Positions 41,594-57,115 are shown, counted from the first letter of the stretch. The stretch is 64,000 bases of DNA from the human T2T-CHM13v2.0 reference genome, Homo sapiens (GCF_009914755.1 NC_060927.1); one strand, 5' to 3'. Program-made: numbers and translations. Notes: generated from the sequence alone by a model not told the origin.

Positions 41594-41829
41594 CAAGTTG
41601 TGTCTTCTCTGATAGCATGAAAGACCATCATGATTGGATGTACCAGCCTTAGCTTTTATATGTTTATCTTAACATGTCTATCCTCTCTACAGAAAGCTTA
41701 TTTTTCAAACCTATTTGCATATTAGTAGGTGCAATATCATCAGTTTCCTGGAAAGAAAAACGTAGAGAACAAAGATTTAAGGTTGTTCTTAGAATAATAT
41801 TCCCAATTCTGCAAAAAATATTATTGTGA

Positions 41830-42284
41830 TGTATTAGTTTGTTAGGGTTACCATTATAAAGTACCACAAACTGAGTGGCTTAAACAACAGAAATCTGTTA
41901 TCTCATAGTTCCGGAAGCTAGTAGTTCCTCTAGATGATAGCTGGGTTGGTTTCTTCTGAAGGATGTGAGAAAGAATCTCTCCCGTGCCTCTCACTTTGCT
42001 GCTGGTGGTTTGCTGGAAACCTTTGGTGATCCTTGGCCTGTAGAGTGTCACCCAGATCTCTGCCTTCATCTTTACATATAGGTCTCCCTATGTGATGGTC
42101 TGTGTCCAAATTTTCCCTTTTAAATGAGGGTATCAGTCACATTGGATTTGGTCCTACTCTAATGACCTCCTTTTAACTTGATTACCTCTGTAAAGACCCT
42201 ATCTTCAAAAAAGGTCCCATTTTGAGGTACTGGGGATTAGACTGCAACATATCTTTTGGGGAAGATAAAATTCAACCTAAAACA
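41830..42284 (-). mobile_element. MLT1C/D-like MaLR solo LTR
   Basis: tgtattagttt...gtaccacaaactgagtggcttaaacaacag...aattcaacctaaaaca. Confidence 0.85.
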
Positions 42285-42409
42285 TCTAGTTACATTTATG
42301 TTGAATAGATTAGGAGTTAAGTTATTTGCCCAAGATTACAAACTAGTAAATAAAAAACCCCGAATGCATAAACATTCTTGCTTGACTTCAAGGTCCTTGT
42401 TCTTAAGCC

Positions 42410-43217
<808 letters not shown>

Positions 43218-44549
43218 ACTCACAAATGCATTCATTCTCACGTCGCCATCAAGGTTTGCCATTTCTGTGTGTATACCTCCTGAGCTATTGCTTACTTGAT
43301 GTTTTTCTTTATTCTGATTCACTGTTTCATTTTACTTAAATAAATTGTAAGCAAAAGAAAACTAAGCCACTACCATGAATACAAAACCAGGATTACTAAC
43401 TTCAAATAGAAGGCAAACATAAATAAATATTAAATGAAAACATTTGTTTTAAGCTTTTTTTAAATTAGAAAAGTAAAAAGTATACTGGGTAATAATAGAC
43501 CTAATCAATTTTATTATGCCAACCAGCATATATGTTATTTTATTTAATTTTCCCAGTAACCCTTCAAATAAATATGGATTATCTCCTATTTACAGATGAG
43601 GAAACTGTGATGTAGAAAAATGACTTAAACACAGGTCTAAATGTTATGTCATGAACAGGTCCCAATTTGTTGCCCCAGTCATTGTCCCTTATTTTATTTA
43701 CAGATTGATGCACTTCAATTTATTTATTTTTACATTTTAAAATTTAATTATCTGATGACATAGTAAATGCCCCAAAAAGCCCAATTCTTTTTAATATGTT
43801 AGGTTTTCAATTGTTTGTGAAATGGATATATGGATACATACACACATATATATGTACATATATATATATATGCATATATGTATGTGTGTTTACATACACA
43901 CACACACACTTGTTACAGCAAAAATAATTTATTTATAATTAACTGCCTTTCTTTTTTAAGGGAGAATGCCTCCAAAGGGGGAACCTCTATTTACAAGCTG
44001 GATATGTATGAAGCAAATCTCAAACTGACCTAAGCTGTTGAATAAATGAAAACTGTTGTGTGGAAATAGGGAGGGCTGAAGAGGCTTCTTTAGCATTGGG
44101 ATGGGTAGAGGAAAAGAAGGAAGAACTGTGAAAGATAGGAAGAAAAGAGGAGAAAAGGGGAGAGAGCAAAGGAAACAAATGGGGAAACGTGGTGATCTCG
44201 TGGTATTTTAGCCATCAACATGTCTAAAGGTAAATTTGATAATGCTAGCTGCATATTTTAGCTTCAAATACACATTTTAACTAATATGTACATATTCAAA
44301 TGTAAGATATTTATGTTTTCCCCTTAAAATAATCTTGTGTACCATTAGAATTATTCATACCACTATTTGGGCAACACGCTATGTTCATGCAAGTGTACAC
44401 ATAAGCTGTCTGAATCAGGTATATTCATATTCAGTCTTATGATTTCAGATCCTGATAAAAAGGAAGCAAATTTCTTCATGACCTTCCTCTTTTACAATGA
44501 GCTATTCATGACAGATAATTACAGTAAGAAACATTACTTACTTAAAAAC

Positions 44550-44588
44550 ATTTTTATTGTGTATATTTAATATATGTATTACTCTATA

Positions 44589-44638
<50 letters not shown>

Positions 44639-46420
44639 AAATGGTTACTGGGTGGAACAAATTAACATATCCATTATCTCACAGAGTTACCCACTTCCAC
44701 CCCTGTGGCAAGAGCAGCTGTAAGCTACTCATTTAGCAAAAATCCCAAGTACAACACACTATTATTAACTATAGTCTTCTTCTTGTTCATTAGATCTTTC
44801 AACTTGTTCATGCTGCATATTTGCTGTTTTGTATCCTTTGAACTGCATCCCCCCAAATTTTTCTCCCCACCCCAATGTTAACCACTGTTTTGTTCTTTGT
44901 CTCTATATATTTGATCTGTTTTTCAGCTTATGATTCCATATATAAGTGAGATAATGCAAGTTTTCTTTCTGTGTCTGGCTTATTTCACTCAGTATAATGT
45001 TCTCCAAGTCACATCTATGTTGTGACAAATGGCAGGATCTCCTCCTTTTTTAAGGCTGAATAATATTCATATATATATATATATATATATATATCAGTTT
45101 ATTTATCAAATTTTTATATTGATGGACACCTAAGTTTGTCCCATATCTTGGCTGTTGTGATTAGTGCTGCAATGAACATGGGAGTGCAGATATCTTTTTC
45201 TTTTAATATATACTCAGAAGACAGATTTCTGGGTCATATGGTAGTTCTATTTTTAATTTATTTAGGAACCCCCATACTGTTTTTCATAATGGCTTCACCA
45301 ATCTACATTCCTACCAACAGTTTAGAAGGGTTCCCTTTTCTCTGCACCCCTGCCAACACTTGTTATCTCATGTCTTTTTGATAATAGCCATCCTAATGGT
45401 GTGAGATGATATTGCATAGTAGTTTTAATTTGCATTTCCCTGATGATTAGTGATGTGGAACACCATTTTATATGTCTATTGGTCATTTTTATGTCATCTT
45501 TGGAGAAGTATTCAAGTCCTTTGCTTATTTTTTATTTGTGTTATATGTTTCCTTGCCATTGAGTTGTACATGTTCTTTATCAATCTTGGATATTGACCTC
45601 ATCTTCGATGTGTGGTTTGAAATTTTTTTTCTCAATTTGTAGGTTACCTTTTCATTTTGTTGACTGTTTCCCTTGCTATGCAGAAGGTTTTTAGTTTGAC
45701 GTAGTCCTGTTTATTTAATTTTTGCTTTTGTAGACTGAATTTTTGGTGTAAGATTCAAGAAATCATTGCCAAGACCAATGTCTTGGAGAGGAGCTTTTCC
45801 TCCCCTATATTTTCTGCTAAGTGTTTTATGGTTTCAGGTCTTATATTTAGGTTTTTTTTATTGATTTTCAGTTGAATTTTGTGTATGGTATATGATATGG
45901 ATGCAATTTTATTCTTTGGAATGTGGAAGTCCAGTTTTTTTTCCCAGTATCATTTATTGAAGAGATTTTCCTTATCCTCTTGTGTCTTTTTGATGTCCTT
46001 GTCAAAATTAGTTCACCATATATGTTTGGATTTATATCTGGGCTCTCTATTCTGTTTCCCTGTTCTTTGTCTGTTTTTAATGCCTGCACTATTACATTTT
46101 TATTACTATAGCTTTATAATATAATTTTAAATCAGGAAGTCAAATGCTTCTAACCTTTTTTTTTCTTTAGTCAGAATCATTTTGACTATTTTGGGTCTTT
46201 GGTGGTTCCATATGAATTTTAGGATTATTTTCTGTCTGTGGATATGTCATTGAGATTTTAATAGGAATTGCATTGAATCTATATATTGTGTTGGGTAGTG
46301 TGGACATTTTAACAATATTAATTCTTCCAATCCATGAGCATGGACTATCTTTCCATTATTAGTCTCCTCTTCAGTGTCTTTCATCAGTGTCGTATAGCTT
46401 TCAGTGTAGATATCCTTCTC
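44550..46420 (-). mobile_element. L1MA (MA8/9-like) 3' fragment with (AT)22 at 44591-44635 and (AT)13 at 45069-45094
   Basis: caaattaacatatccattatctcac...actattattaactatagtc; remnant peptide NRIESPDINPNIYGELI (ORF 45868-46089). Confidence 0.88.
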
Positions 46421-47412
46421 ATCCATTATTTTGCTTCTAATACTAAGAAGATATTCTTAATGAGTTTTTTTACACTTAGTTATTCAATATGACTCTGGAA
46501 GATTTTTAGAATATTTGATTATGTCATCTAGTTATTTCAGAATTGGAACTCAAAATAGGAAAAGAGACAATGATTTGGGTTGTAAAATTTCAGAGTATTC
46601 CCAAAATAACAATTTTAAATTTGAAGCACATGTGACTTCCCCATTTGGCTGTTAGGTAATGGGCTCATAGCATTGCATATGGAATGTTCTTCACTTAACA
46701 TACAAATTTCAGAGCAAAAGATGTCATGCCCACCCATTTAATAAATGAACAACAGCAAGAATGTACTTTTAAATAGAATGTGTTGTATCCAAATGAGTGT
46801 TTTTGTGAATACCAGAGTTCCTAGCGTGGACGACACTTGTAGTTGCTTTAGAATTTCACCACGTCTAAAGAACCAAGGATTAATTTTATCAAGAGCTAGT
46901 GAAACCAGGCTTGAGATCACACAAAATAAAAAGATAGTTTATTCTAAGATTGAGTGAGACCTGGGGAGAAAGGAAAGATCATTCTGAGCAAAACAAAATT
47001 ATCTTCTCACCTAGCCCTCCCATTGATTCAAACCAGAGTCCAAGCCAAGAGAAAGGCAATACAACAGCAAATGCAATATTTTTTTATAAAGTTCTCCTCA
47101 GGCTGTTGAGAATGTTAAAGTCATTAGCACCGTGGGCATTAGGCTTATATAAATGGTAGCCTTGGCAGCAACTGAAAGCATCCAAGTGAGCCTGGAGGAC
47201 AGCATAAAACTTAGATTCTTACTTCTTTGGAAGCCAAGAGGACTAGATTATAGGGACATTTCCTCTGAGTGTTAGGAGTACTTGTGAAGAGCCCCAGGGA
47301 GACTTGGTTTCCTGAATATGAGACCTTGTAATATTTTTCCTGTGTAATATATATGACCATATTTTTACTCACTGGGTTGTAGAGTCAAGGAAACTCAAAA
47401 CAGTTTATCTAG

Positions 47413-47903
47413 TGTTCCAGTTATGACAAACTACTTTAGGAACTAGCAACTTAAAATAACAATAACTATATCTTACAATTTTGTGGGTCAGGAATTTAAG
47501 TTGGCCATGGGTGACTAATTCTTCTTCCATGTGGAGTTAGCAGAGGTTGGTATTTGATGGTGTTCAGTGGGGAAATGCACCTGTTTGGCAGGTATAAGAT
47601 GGCTTCACTCATGTGTGGCATCTTGAAAGGCTGAGATCAGTTGAGACAGTGAACCAAAGTGCCTACGCAAGGCCTCGTCAGCATGGTGGGTTTGGGTAGT
47701 CGCTAGTCTGGTAGTCTAGTGTTTCATGAACCAGGCAGAAGCTGCAAGAATTTTTGTGAACTCATCTAGGAGATTACATAGCATAACTTCTGCCATACCA
47801 TATTTAGTGGGGCAGCCACAAGTCCACTCAGATTCATGGGAAGGAGACCAAAATTCTACCTCTTGATAAGAAGAGTGTCAAAGAATGTGCAGTTGTGTTG
47901 CAC
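47413..47903 (-). mobile_element. Old MaLR LTR (MLT1F/H-like)
   Basis: cttacaattttgtgggtcaggaattt...aagatggcttcactcatgt...aacttctgccatac...ctcttgataagaagagt. Confidence 0.65.
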
Positions 47904-48814
47904 AACTTCAATATCTAGTTTCCTAGAAACACATTTGGGGACGAGTGTGTGTGTCGCAACAGGCAAGAGAGCATTTGGTTCTGAAGCTTATAAAATTTGC
48001 AGTTTTCATAAAGTCTATAGGGCCACCAAACAGTTACCATGCTTCTTTCAACTAAGTGTATTCGAGAATGTTGGGTCAGATTATTGTGACTACTCTCAGT
48101 TGCTTTCTCCAGCTTGATTCATCTGAAGCCTTACCTGAGACTTTGCATGCCCTCAAATAGAAAGCATGCATTGTTCTTTATGTTTTGGCAAAAGATTTTA
48201 TGAAGATTCTCCAATATATATTTTCAGTCTTGATAGGAGATTAATATTTTATATTTGCCTCTTAGGTCTTTTGCATTCAAGAGGTGAATCTCACAAATGC
48301 ATTTATGGAAGACAACTTCAAAGTCATGGTAGCAGAAAGGCAAAGGGTTGAGAAAGTACGTGCACTGAAGGTAGCACATGCAGCCTGTATGGAGAGTCTG
48401 CCTTGCCGTTTATCTTTCTATTTGCACATAAGCTTTGTATTTGTAAATGTAGGCAGTCTTTCTTTTCTTCTTTTCGTCTATCTGAACAAGCTACTCTGAG
48501 AGAGCCTATTCTTTTCCTATGGTCATGACTAAAGTTGAATTGCTTAATCAATGAGCAGGAGTTTTACGTAAGTCCAGTTTTTGAAGTGCTCTTCACTGAC
48601 CCACGCTCTGCAGCCAGAATGATGAGAAGAAAGTGAGACAAACGTAGAGATCAGGTCGCAGTGCATTCATCAGAAACTGCTTAGCTTAGCTTTTTCGGCT
48701 TAGATTTAGTGTTCAGTGATACTGCCTAACTAGATTCCTCCATACTTTCACTTCTTCAAAGTCAGCCTTAGCAACTACCTGACTTTGCACAGACAACTTC
48801 ATAAAATAGAAGCA

Positions 48815-49010
48815 GCTAGCATTTACTGAGCGTTCACTGTGGGCCAAGCTCTGTGCTCTGCTCTTTGCCTGTGTTGTTGCTTCAATTTAATCCTTTCATC
48901 AACCCTTTGAGGAATATCCTATTACTATCATATTTCACAGTTAAAGATCCTGATTCACAGAGAAGTTAAGTGGGAGGGCTGGGATCCAAGTCCTGGCAAT
49001 TCTGACTCCT
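48815..49010 (-). mobile_element. MIR SINE
   Basis: agcatttactgagcgttcactgtgggccaag...cacagagaagttaagt...tctgactcc. Confidence 0.7.
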
Positions 49011-49391
49011 GACCCCTTGTACTCTGAAATACTAAGTCATGCTCATGCACCTGGCAAACCTAAGCTTTCCACCTAGGAAGCCCATGACACTCCCTCACCT
49101 GCCCTTAGTCTATGACAGGGGATGGTAGGCATGCCAGGCACTATACATACCCCTTGGGGTGAGTGATTGACAAACTATCAAAGAAGGAGTAGCTCAATAA
49201 TAGCTAGAATCAGAAAGTTTTGGAGTAGAATCTCAGCTCTCTACATTCAGTAAGTATGTATTCTAGTTCAGTGACTTTGCTTGTTTGAGCCCCAGCTTGA
49301 TCTTTCCTAAAATAGAGATCCAATATCATCCTTATAGGTGTCTTATGAAGGGCCAAATGAGATAACCACTTTTCAGCACACATTATCAGGA

Positions 49392-49551
49392 ACAGCCACA
49401 TAATGTGCAAATGAAAGTGCAGATGCCTTTGTTAAAAAGTTGCTAAAAATTTCAAGACAGCACCAGCAGAGCGTTAAATGAAAGCATGGGGCCCTTCTAA
49501 GCATGCAGTCTATGTGACTGCACAGACCGCATGCCCATGAGGGTGGCCTTG
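49392..49551 (-). mobile_element. MER91A-like hAT-Tip100 element
   Basis: aatttcaagacagcaccagcagagcgttaa...ggggcccttctaagc...gtgactgcacagaccgcatgcccatga. Confidence 0.7.
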
Positions 49552-50019
49552 TACATCATAACCATTTAATGAATATTCTTTCCACCCCTGATATTCTTCC
49601 CACCAGAAGAACCTGCCTACTCCCATTTCCCAGAGTGTTGGATCCTCAGAACCTCACATTAAGGAGCCTGGAATCTAATGCTTGGCCCTGGACTAACTTT
49701 GAACCCTGGCCTGTGGGCTGGTTTCTAGTTTTCCCTTACCTTATCAGAAAGCCATGAATATCTATCCATCTTCAACGAGATCCCACAAAAGTTTTGTGAG
49801 GTCTTAGCTAAGAGGATCTATGTCTCTTGAGTTGGATAGGAATTATAAAATTAACACAAAATTTACATCATTTACACATGCTTAAACTATACTAGCAACA
49901 TGAATAATTATAATATCGACTGGCTACAATTATATTAAAATAGTGCTTTATTTTTCAGTGATGAGCCTTTACTCTATGTCATCCATCAAATTTACACAAT
50001 CACTGGCACCAGAAATTCA

Positions 50020-50780
50020 TGCTTCCTGACACTGTCTTAGGTCAGACCCTTACAATTTTGGTCCAGAGCTACAATAACTCATCTCAATCTGCAGACCAAC
50101 CTCCAGTTCTGCACCCTCAAGTCTTTTCTCCTCACTGTCTCCAAAGCTGTCTTCCTGAAGTGTGTCCTGCAATCCCCAAGTGTGCATCTCCACAAAACAC
50201 ATGCTACTGTCTTATGACAGAGCCTTCAGGGGTGCCTCGTTGCCTTTCAGGATAAATAAAAACTCTTCACTCTGGCATATAAAGCCATTCATGAGCTAGT
50301 CCCAGCCTACAATCTCTTTAAACTCATCCTTCCCTGTTTCTGTCCTCCCTGTTCCCTTCATTTCTCATCATTCCCATGTCAGCACATCCCAGACTTCAGC
50401 CTAATTATTTTATAGTTTTGTTTTTTAAAAAATCTTCCATATTCTAACTTGCCTTGTGCCTTTGTACTCGGTGTTCCCCCTGCCAGGAATGCTACTCCCC
50501 ACTTCCAAATTCCATCCTCATATTAAGCTAATAAAACTATTGAGATTCAATTCAAGCCTATTTCATCTATGAGGCTTTCAACTATGACCTTCTGTTTCAC
50601 ACAGTGTTTCCATGTGTCACAGTAGGCACCACCTTGTGTTATAACTTTCTCTTTATGCATCTCTGTTTCATTATGCATGTTTGAGGGTGACATTGGTACC
50701 ATATTAATCTTGTTATCTACAGTGCCTAGAATAGTTCCTGATATATAGTAAATGCTATTTGCTGAATGGGCGAATGAATA
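50020..50780 (+). mobile_element. L2 LINE 3' part
   Basis: Ends cagtgcctagaatagttcctgatatatagtaaatgctatttgctgaatgggcgaatgaat. Confidence 0.7.
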
Positions 50781-51924
50781 AATAGTTTTTCTTGCTGTTT
50801 CAATTGAAGCCCTATATTGCTTCCATGTTAGAATAGCCTTGAGATGTTGTATACGTCTCCCTATATTCTCACATAAACTCATTTTGCTTTTCTATTTCAA
50901 CTTTATGGTTACCTTTCCTCCCAAGAAAGACCTCTGACCTCATCCTTCACTTTTCTTTCTATTTCTAGACATTAATTCCTTTGCTGGAATATTTTATTTT
51001 TCTCTCCTTAGAGAACATATTTCAATTCTCTGTCTTACACAGAGAGAGGGATTGGTGGTCTGGAGTTTTCTGCTGGGTTGATAAATTAACATCTGTTTGT
51101 ATGGGAAGTGACCGGGTTGTTCTAAGGCATTTTAATTCAGGCATGTGGACTGGGGTCTGAAGGATTGTTCATTGACATCTCTGTGCTCTGCCTCAGTCCT
51201 GTCTGTCACAGCCGCCTCTGGGAGGTTGGGCCAATAAAGGCACAAAGGAGGTAAACAAAAAAGGCAGCTGAGAGAAGTGAGTGTGTCCCCTGAGCATGCT
51301 GGCAAGAAAAGGCCAGGGGAAAGCACCTGAGAAGACAGCCGCTAGAATGCAGCTGATGCCAGCAACTTGCACACAACTCAGAAATCCCCATGCCTGATGA
51401 TGGAGACAATGGGACCACTCTGAATGTGAAAAGAATACGTATTTTACTCTACCTAGAAACTCCGGCATGTAAATAGCTCTGAAGGCTGAAAGAGCTCTCT
51501 AAGAAGTAGTTCAATGTTGGCCTTTAGCAACTTTGCAGGATGTTCGAAGGAATTCACATTTTCAGATGCATATTTGAGAAGAAAAATGTAGTAAAAATTA
51601 TCTTATCATAGAAAGCATTTTTAACCATTTCTAGTGGGTTAGAATGGAAAAAAATGTGACCTTTGTGTGTGAAGGCTCGAGTTTGAGTCCTTGCACAGTC
51701 ACCAAGGTGCTGTAGGTGATCTTAGCCAAGCTGATTAACCCTACAATATCTAATCTTGCCTGTAAGAGCAAGCAGAAATATTTAGCTCTTAAAAGCATTT
51801 AAGAGAATCGGATAAAGAAAGTAAGCTATAGAAAATATGAAGAAACACATAAATGCTTGTTGTATTGACTCTCAGAGTCTACATTCATATCTACCAGACC
51901 AAAAGGCTTCTGTCCCTTATGAAC

Positions 51925-52085
51925 TATGTGATTTTGAGCAATTAACTTCAACTTCCCGAGCCTCAGTTTTCTCTTCTGTAATATGGCAATAACAGTAATA
52001 GCATCTGTTTCATAGGCTTAAGTGAAGTGTAAAGTGCCTTGCACAGTGTCTGACACATAATATGTGCTCAGTAAGTGTTAACTGT
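51925..52085 (+). mobile_element. MIR SINE
   Basis: gagcctcagttttctcttctgtaatatgg...aaagtgccttgcacagtgtctgacacataa. Confidence 0.8.
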
Positions 52086-52764
52086 CACTCTTGTAACCAA
52101 TAGTATTACTATTACAAAGTTTGAATTCATCTTACAATAATTTAGTTCATTATCTGAGCACAGAGTTTAGAATACCTGTTATGTTTGGGTCAGTCCTTCT
52201 GTTTTGCACGTAAGAATACAAGAAAAGGGAAAACATAAACCTTGCCCTCCTGTACCTTATGGTCTATTAAGAGAGAATGACTAATCAAATAATCACACAA
52301 ACATATTAGGAAGTTTGAAGGCAAGTTGCAGGCTCCTATGGTAGAGAATAACAGGGGGATCTGACCAAATATGGAGTTCAAGGAAAACCTCATCAAGGAA
52401 ATTATATTTGAGTTGACTTTTGAAGGATGAGTAGAAATTGACTACATGGAGGAAAGAATGAAAGCATTCTAGTCAAAGAGAGCCACGTATGCAAAGTTCC
52501 TGGGAGAGACTATCTTATTTGAGACACGGAGAGAAGGCCAGTTTAGCTGGAGGGCAGATAGCTGTTTATCACATAGGAGAAGGTAGGTAAACCAAGTTAG
52601 ATCACTTGGGATTTTGTCGACTATTCTCAGGCTATTGAGAGTCAACTTAGTGCAGTCAAAGTGTTTTAAGCAGGAAAGTCACATGATGAAAATTTCATTT
52701 AACAAAGAACATTTTTGCTGCCATATGAGTAATCCACATAAGAGATGATGGTCATTAAGGCAGG

Positions 52765-52930
52765 TCCTACTCAGAGTGTGATGTGAAGACCAGCAGCATC
52801 AGCATACCCTGGGATTTATTGAGTGCCACCCAGACCTACAAATCAAATCTGGGGATGGGGCCCAGCACTCAGTGTTTTCACAAGCACTCCAGGTGATTCT
52901 GATGCTCACTAAAGGTTGAGAAGCCATGGC
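52765..52930. mobile_element. MER5A within L2 remnant (~52220-53070)
   Basis: gaccagcagcatcagcat...ctccaggtgattctgatgctcactaaaggttgagaagcc. Confidence 0.8.
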
Positions 52931-54194
52931 TTGGTCCAGGATGTAGCCAGTGAAGACTGAAGAGTGAATGGATTTAAAACCAATTTCAGAGGTTAGCTGC
53001 TAGAATTGACAAGATTTGGCAATATCTTTACTTTGGGAAATGAGAAAGAAGGAAGCATCAAGGATGACTCTAAATTGTGCATCTAAAGAAACCACCTAAT
53101 CTGACTTTTTATACTTCGTTGTGTGTATAGATATATCTGTTTTGAGATTAGAGAAGATGAAGGACTAGGGTGTGGATTTTGGTTTACGTGTGTTTGTTTG
53201 TTTAAGCATGTACTAATCCACAGAGCACTGTTGATGAGATCTAAGAAGCATCATTATAAAAAATGACTTCAGATGAAAAAAATAACTTATAACTCGGACC
53301 ATCTCAACCCATTGGCAATATAAGCAAGTTATCACTGGAGAGCTCATATCCTCTATGATAAGGAGAGCTATTTTTCTTTAAGTCTTTACTTTCCCAAAAT
53401 TTCTCAATTTTGAGTCCCCCAAATTATCTTTTGAAACATCATGTTCCACTATTTTTAAAAAAATACCTTTTCAGAACTATACTAGGAGTGAAACAGTAAA
53501 AGAAATCTTGTTAAAAATGCTACTAAGATAATATACTATTAAAAGGAGAAACATTAAACTCAGAATGTGTTTTGAGATTAAAAAAGTCGCTGACCACCTA
53601 AGATTGTTACACTCTGTATAATGTCTATAATGATTTTTTAAAGGTACCTATTCTTTTTCATGCATATAAGAGACAGCCAGAGTGGACATTTCTCACGTTT
53701 TTAACTTTCTAGTTGCTTTGATCTGACTCTGTGTAGACTCAGACCACAATCTCCATTTCACTTCTTTAGACTCATGATTTACATATCTTTCGCTTTGTAA
53801 TGCAGCTGAGAAAGCTCCTACTCAGTGCCATAATTCCCAAAGCAGCTTCCGCTCATGGATTTCAAAGTAAAAGCCTTATCAGAGATCCCTCTAGGCCATT
53901 GGTGGCCAACCCTATTTTTCAAGTGAAGGAGAGTTAATTATATGCTCAATATCAAACTGGAAAGAAAATGTCTAGCCTTTATTTAGGAAAACAGTGTTGT
54001 CTGATTGGATGATCTTTTACAAGACACCACTATGACATAGTCTAGGCTCCTTCTCAAGGAAAACTGTCTATATGATTTTTACACTAACAAATAGTGCTTC
54101 TTAAATACTTTGGTAGTATATAGTCTTCTTAAATCTCCAAAGAATCAAGAATTAATTCCTAGTGTACAGTAATCTTTAGGCTTCTACATCAAAT

Positions 54195-54382
54195 GTTGGC
54201 TAATTATGACCTGTATCTGGCAGGATGCCTGTTTTTCTAAATGAAGTTTTACTATGCTCATTTTTTAATGTATTGTCTATTACTCCAAAAGCAAAGTTGA
54301 GTAGTTGAGACAGAGACCATATGCTCTGTAAAGCCAAAAATATTTAGTCTCTGGTCCTTTGTAGAACAAGTTTGCTGACCTT
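54195..54382. mobile_element. MER58A-like element
   Basis: gttgagtagttgagacagagaccatatg...aagccaaaaatattta...aagtttgctgacc. Confidence 0.75.
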
Positions 54383-56849
54383 TGAAGATGAATAACCAAA
54401 TCTGTTAGATTGCATACCCAATTGGAACCCTCACAGTTTAGAAGGATTCTGAATTTTCATTTCTTAATGACACATATGGTCTCAAAATGTATTTTTTTCT
54501 GTTGTAGGAAAATGCCTGTAATCATATGGGAAAATGTTTTGCACAAATTTATTTTTCACAAAACGATTTCTGTCTTAGAGCAGGTGTCTGGTGAGTAACG
54601 CAAGGATAAGCTTATTGGTGCTGATACCTCACCTGAGTAGTCTGAGTACAGTGATGCCTACCTGGACACCAGGTTTTGGCCTCAAGTTCTAGTGAGGTGC
54701 CCACTTTATTTTAGGAGAGAAGCAGTAAGTTGAGGAAGATGTCTGTTTTGCCTCACATGTCTGCCAAGTTGTGACTCAGGGCAATCTGGCACAGTGTTCA
54801 CAAGTCTTCGTTAAGAGTTGAGTTTGCACAATGGAAGAAATGTTCAGTATGTTTGTTGTCTGCATATTCTTGGAAAGTGCTAAATTGCCACCTAAAACTG
54901 TAATCATATATTTATACACTGGAGAATTGTCATGAGATCCTTAACCATTTCTTTTTACTTCTTTTCTTATTTCCAAATTCTCGTCTCAATATTTCTGCTT
55001 TCTTACATAGGATGTATTTTTCATTCATTTCACTGCATTTGTCTAACCTTTTAGACACAAATTCTAAATCTGAAACTAATTTCTTAAAAAGGACTTGGTC
55101 AAAGTTGAATTTGTTACATGTCCTAGCTTATGTTATCAAAAAAATAATAGCAATATATAGAACCATAATATTTCCTTTTTAATATATCAAAAATAGATCA
55201 TTCACTCCTGTGATAATGATTCCTTTGGTAATTTCTTTTAACATGTGTTGAAATGCACTGTGTTTTGGCAGAAAGCTCATGAAACTGAGAGTCATATGAT
55301 TTGAGATCTAGTCCCAACTCTTAAAACAATTAGCATTTTTGACTTCAGTTTACTGAACCACTCTGAACTCATGATTTTCATCTTTACAATAAACAGTTCC
55401 ATCTCATCATCTTTAAGATCTTTTTTAACTCGAGCAATCTGAAATGCCTTTGTATGTTTCAACTTAATATTATGTTAGATGTTCAAAGAAACACTGAATT
55501 CTCCATTTTTAAAGTGGAGTATGATATGTGTTTCCTTCATTTAACAATGAAATGTTTCATACATACACAAAGGAGAAATTATTGGAACAAATATCCACTT
55601 TACACCACCACCTAACTTTAAGATATATTAAAACTAAACCATAATTGTCCATGATTGTTTTTATGGTTAAATAAATGAAGCATTACATATACAGGTAAAG
55701 CCCTTACTTTATATAACTATTTAAAATGCATATAATACTTCACAGCTCTTAACCCTGGCCTCCTCAAAGCTCTTAACCATGAGAATTAGCCATATAACCA
55801 GTATGCAGATGTGGTATGAACAGGTGTAAAATTATACCTGAGAATATTCAGCAAGTAAATGGCAAAGTAAATGACTGTTACTTCCAGTCTCAGAAGATGA
55901 ATCCAGGGACTTGACCACATGCAACGCCATCTAAATCCTGCATGTTCCTGTTACATCTTGACCCTTCTTTTCTAAAGATACAGTTTTGTATTTAGTGTTC
56001 TTTGGAAGTAACACAAATTTGTTCTGATCATCTTAAGCAAAAATAATAATTCACTGAAAAATATATGGCATAACTTATCAAATCAAATAAATTAATGAGA
56101 ATCTGAACCTTGAAAAAGACAAAAAGCAGTAGGGTTCTGTAAGTTCTAGGTAGCAAGAATAATTGGAAAGGTTTTTCCTGGCTTCATTATTGAATGAACG
56201 TAATTCCTTTGTTTTTGACCTTGGATTCATCAAATCAAGATTAAAATTACCAGAAGAGAAAGACTGATTGCTTCATTTTGGATGGTTTGCCCATTCCTCC
56301 AGTGAGGGTTTGCAGAGCACCAGATGGTTCTACCAAGGCTGCATGCAGAAAGGAGGTTTGGTTCCCAGTAAAATTTTGAGGTACAATGACAAGAAGAAGG
56401 GGGCATAGATGATATTCTGCCAAAAATATGAGAGGTAAACTATACTAATTATGTCACCTCAGAATGTGCCTGTCCTGTCTGTGATTACAGGAGAGTAGTT
56501 GGCTGATGGCCCCAGCTGCGGTGCTCTGAAACGCATCACCGGATCAGCCAAAGTTTTCATGGGCTGCTTCTAGCCAATGATTGAGTGAGGCAGGGTTGCT
56601 AAGACAGGTCTGTTCCTAGGAAATGAGGAACTGCTTAGAACTGTGCTGCAATCTAGACACTTCCTTTCATCCAGTTTTTCTTCCTTCTTCTCTCCTTCAC
56701 TTGACATCAAAACTGCATCATGGTCTTCTCATAGTTTGCTTCTAAGAAGACCTGGAATAACACACAAATAGTTCATTAATATTCAAAAGCAACATTAAGT
56801 GGCATTTTCATGAATAATTCTTTAAGAATGTCATGCTACAATCCTATAG

Positions 56850-57115
56850 CCTCTTCTCCCACACTTTCCTACATTTCTCCTTTACCCTGCTCTCCTTTTT
56901 CTTTTTTCCTATAGCATTTAAGACCTTCTAATAAACTATATAATTTGCTTATATATTGCATTTATAATTTATTGTTTTTCACTCCAATTAGAATATACGT
57001 CCTTTCAGGGATAAGACAGAGATCTATTCTGTTTTGTTCACTGATGTATCCAAACAGTTAACAATAGTGCCTGCCATTGCAGGCACTCAATAAATATCCA
57101 CTGAATGAATGAATA
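56850..57115 (+). mobile_element. L2 3' end
   Basis: gttcactgatgtatcc...aacaatagtgcctg...ggcactcaataaatat...tgaatgaatgaat. Confidence 0.75.

Noticed and set aside
47123-47143. RE1/REST-like attagcaccgtgggcatt
   Set aside because: Three core mismatches to TCAGCACCnnGGACAG; too degenerate to call.
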